Origin: Takakia lepidozioides
Lineage: Eukaryota > Plantae > Bryophyta
Assembly: GCA_030704615.1 (NCBI GenBank)
Contig: CM060731.1
Span: 10,974,001-11,038,000, forward strand
Length of the DNA stretch: 64,000 bases
Direction: 5' to 3'
A program made the translations under genes and the position numbers. How positions within the stretch are numbered: the stretch's first letter is position 1; each line of letters begins with the position of its first letter. Positions 61,101 to 64,000 of this stretch are shown piece by piece. Under the pieces are notes generated by a model. That model was not told the DNA's origin. It searched no databases and saw nothing but the letters and a program-made list of their open reading frames with translations.

Positions 61101-62049
61101 GTACAAATGCTATATGTTTGGGTTGGAACCCATGAAAATAGTAAAGACAATACCATATGTATTCACGGACTGAAGCTTCACTAATTGTAGTTGTAAGAAG
61201 TTCACACTTCTTTTCATTTTTCGTATTTCATATGACAAAATTGTGTGAAAGGTCAAAAATCTGTCAACTTGTCATGTGAAAGGCATTTTCTCAAAGTTGT
61301 CTGTCACAGTGAAAGTAAAAAAAAATTTAACATGTCACAAAAAAGGTAGGGCTACCTGTCAAAAAACAACACTGGTGCTCCCATCATGGTTATTTTTTCC
61401 ATGATTTTCTTAGTATGGCGTAAAGGGCTTCCTCCCCTTATTAAAAAAAAAAAAAAAAAAACCCTTAACTTCCTACAGATAGAGCTTTTTGGCCCTTCAA
61501 ATTTTTTACTGCTAGACAGTAAAACCAAGTTATCCACCGAAATGTGAACAAATGTGTTGCTAGTTGCCACCTACCACATCCATCCATACGAATACCAAGT
61601 ATAGAAGATTTTCACTACGAAATTATCAAGATTATAGTGCTAAGTTGGTGGGGTTTTCTTTTGTTGGGAAATTTGAAAAACTTGCAATGTCCGGTTTGAC
61701 CAGTATTGCAGTGTGGGGTTGAATTTTGTTGGGCCCTCTGCACCCATAATCAGATCCTATTCCAAGGTATGCAAACATACAAAAAAGTTCATGCCAAGTG
61801 CTCGTATATGTTTTTGGGGGGGTTCAAGTTTAGGTCCAGAACATGAAGTTTCTAGCATAGTATCTTCCATCAAAAGAAACTACGCATAAATCCTAGCTTT
61901 TTTGTATCCAAGCGGTGAGAAAAATAACTTCTTATGAACCTCATAATAATGTTTAAAAAAATTCCGAATCCAATGGTAAAATTTTCTAAATTTGAGGGCT
62001 GAGTGGGTCCAAGTGTTTTGGAGCCCATCTGCCTACAAATTACTTGTAC

Positions 62050-62368
62050 ATGTATTATATTATTATATTAAATGTAGATGTTTCCAAGAACTGTTGTCGG
62101 GGCCATGTCATCTATTCATTATGTTTCTATGGGGAACCCGTTGATCGGGCTGCCAAAGCCACCCGCAACATTGAGGGTTCTTTCTATTTTGACCCGACTC
62201 TCAACTATCAACTGCCCCTACATGTCTTCTCTGACACTCCAAGTCATGAAAGTAGGCCCAAAACTGAGTGGGGATTGAACCCGCTGATCTGCCCATTTTG
62301 CAGACAGTTCCCCTCCCACCCTGAAATCCTAACGACCAACCAAATCATGCAGCCACATAGCTGAGCTA
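62050..62368 (-). mobile_element. Possible tRNA-derived SINE
   Basis: Minus strand begins TAGCTCAGCT (A-box-like), contains GGGTTCAATCCC (B-box-like, about 62283-62270) and ends in an ATAATAATAAT tail. Box spacing is long and no TSD was found. Confidence 0.3.
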
Positions 62369-62663
62369 CAAAGAGAAGATGAGCAAGAAAAACAACAAAC
62401 AACAAGCACATGTAGGAGCTGAGTATTGTCCGTTAAAAATCGTGCGCAGAAGAGATCAGCTCAACGTGAAGTGCACATGTGCAATGGCGGGCACTTAGTA
62501 GCACATATATTGAAGGGCTGATGATCGCAATAGCCCCCATATTTGCATTCATATTGACACAGCGCCGCAACACTAACAGGCATTCACAGCATGCAATATG
62601 GTATCTTTCATAGCATGGAATAACAAAAAACCGTTAAAGCATGGCCACATACTGGAACATTAA

Positions 62664-63317
62664 CCCTTAAACGCCCGCGAGGCCGAAACTGGGCCTCGAA
62701 AGATTTTTCAGGAACCATAACTTTTTCATATCTTGATCAAATTTTGCAAAATCAAAGCCGTGGATTTTCTCCCATCGTCTAGTTTGCAGATGGGAACCCT
62801 GATAGCTCTAATTCCTGATTAGATAGTTGCAATTGCGATTTTTTTGGAGCGGGGTATGTGGCGAAGCGTGGAGGTTCCCGCGTTGTGGTTGTGCACGCTC
62901 CAGTTCCCGCACGTTTGCAGGTGGTCTGACACCCCTGCTTTGACCAACCACCAGCAGATGTACACTTGGCCAATTTGAGCACTTTTTGGCTTGTTGGATG
63001 TAGGATGTGGTGGGGATGACCAGTGAGATGCATCAGCCCAATCGAGTTCCATCCCGTCATCCAAATTTCAGGAAAACCACTTGCAATTTTATTTTTATTT
63101 TTTTTGCCCCAAAAAATGCACCCCACATGCAACGGTGGCGTTTTTCTGATTTCCATCCGATTGGCCTGGAATTTGGTAGGTGTATGCAGGGGGTAGTTAG
63201 GAAGATAATGTCAGGTCAAATTTTAAAATCCCTTTTTTCCCGGAAATTACAGGGTTTTTTCACCCCAGGGGTAGTGATTTTGGGAAAAGTCAAACTTACC
63301 CAGTGGGCGTTTAAGGG
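62664..63317. mobile_element. piggyBac-type MITE (654 bp)
   Basis: TTAA (62660-62663), then CCCTTAAACGCCC ... GGGCGTTTAAGGG, then TTAA (63318-63321): perfect 13-bp TIRs. Confidence 0.8.
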
Positions 63318-63589
63318 TTAAAGGGAGGTAAAGGTAGTAGCCTTCATTTCTGTAAAACACTGGCAGAGCGTCGCATGAGCACTAACACCAGTGCAGCTTG
63401 CAAACACTTGTGCATAGTGCAACATGAAATACATCCATAAGTCCACGCAGTATGGCCACAACCAGCAAGTTCTTCGGGTAATAGCCAGCAGGGGACCTAA
63501 TTATCACGCACAACAGGAACCCATCATAGCTTGCAATATACAACAGTAGTATCACGAAATGGAGCAACGCATCTCTGTAAACATGCTAA

Positions 63590-64000
63590 GAGCATCCCCA
63601 CCCTTGAGCCCAAAAGACTCCCTGTAACGCCAAATTATTGTGATTGATTCAGGGCCTGTTGGGTTCTGTGGCGAGGCATCCCTGACTCACGCACACCCTT
63701 ATCCTTGAATTGCCCATGCTATCCCCGCGCACCTCGGTTCCCATTGGCATGAAGGGTCATGGTCGCGACGAAGATCTGACACGCACGCACTAGACATGGG
63801 CATGGTCACGTTGACTTGGATTCAGGGGCAGGTTCAGGGCCCTGAATATGGCGCTCGGGTTCAGGGCACAGAACGATATTCAATGCCCGTTTTTTATGGG
63901 ATATAGGGTTCAGGGCAAGGGTGTGTGAACGTTGTCCCGCCCACCTTGAAACTATATACCCCAATATTCTGTTGGTGTGCTGGGTTCAGTGTAGGGTGGG
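63590..64000. mobile_element. PIF/Harbinger (Tourist-like) MITE, right end cut by the window edge
   Basis: TAA then GAGCATCCCCACCCT; the window ends AGGGTGGG, the expected inner part of the right TIR; internal GGTTCAGGG repeats. Confidence 0.7.

Overview
Eukaryotic nuclear DNA from a land plant. The PLS-class PPR fragments and the retrotransposon and DNA transposon types suggest a seed-free lineage (inference; species not determinable). The left half (1-34 kb) is gene-bearing: a mitochondrial gamma-carbonic anhydrase (minus, runs off the left edge) lies head-to-head with an 11-exon organellar tRNA 2-thiouridylase (mnmA). Next come an intronless group-VIII ERF repressor, about 16 kb of non-coding DNA with repeated CpG-rich islands and small MITE/retroposon insertions, and a 7-exon NOB1. 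The right half (34-64 kb) is a nested transposon pile: two opposite-facing DUF7869/Sola-like transposase remnants flank a degenerate ORF with RNA polymerase II CTD-like heptads and an array of CGCGCGATCGCGCG palindromes. A chromovirus Gypsy element is split by two CACTA elements with exact 3-bp TSDs. The larger (9.8 kb) has no recognisable transposase and carries rearranged PLS-PPR fragments, themselves interrupted by a second Gypsy. A TTAA-flanked piggyBac-type MITE and a Harbinger MITE close the window. Best candidates for novelty: the Pack-CACTA carrying and shuffling RNA-editing-type PPR modules, the CTD-like heptad ORF in transposon context, and the piggyBac-type element. All coordinates were read by eye; no database searches were run.
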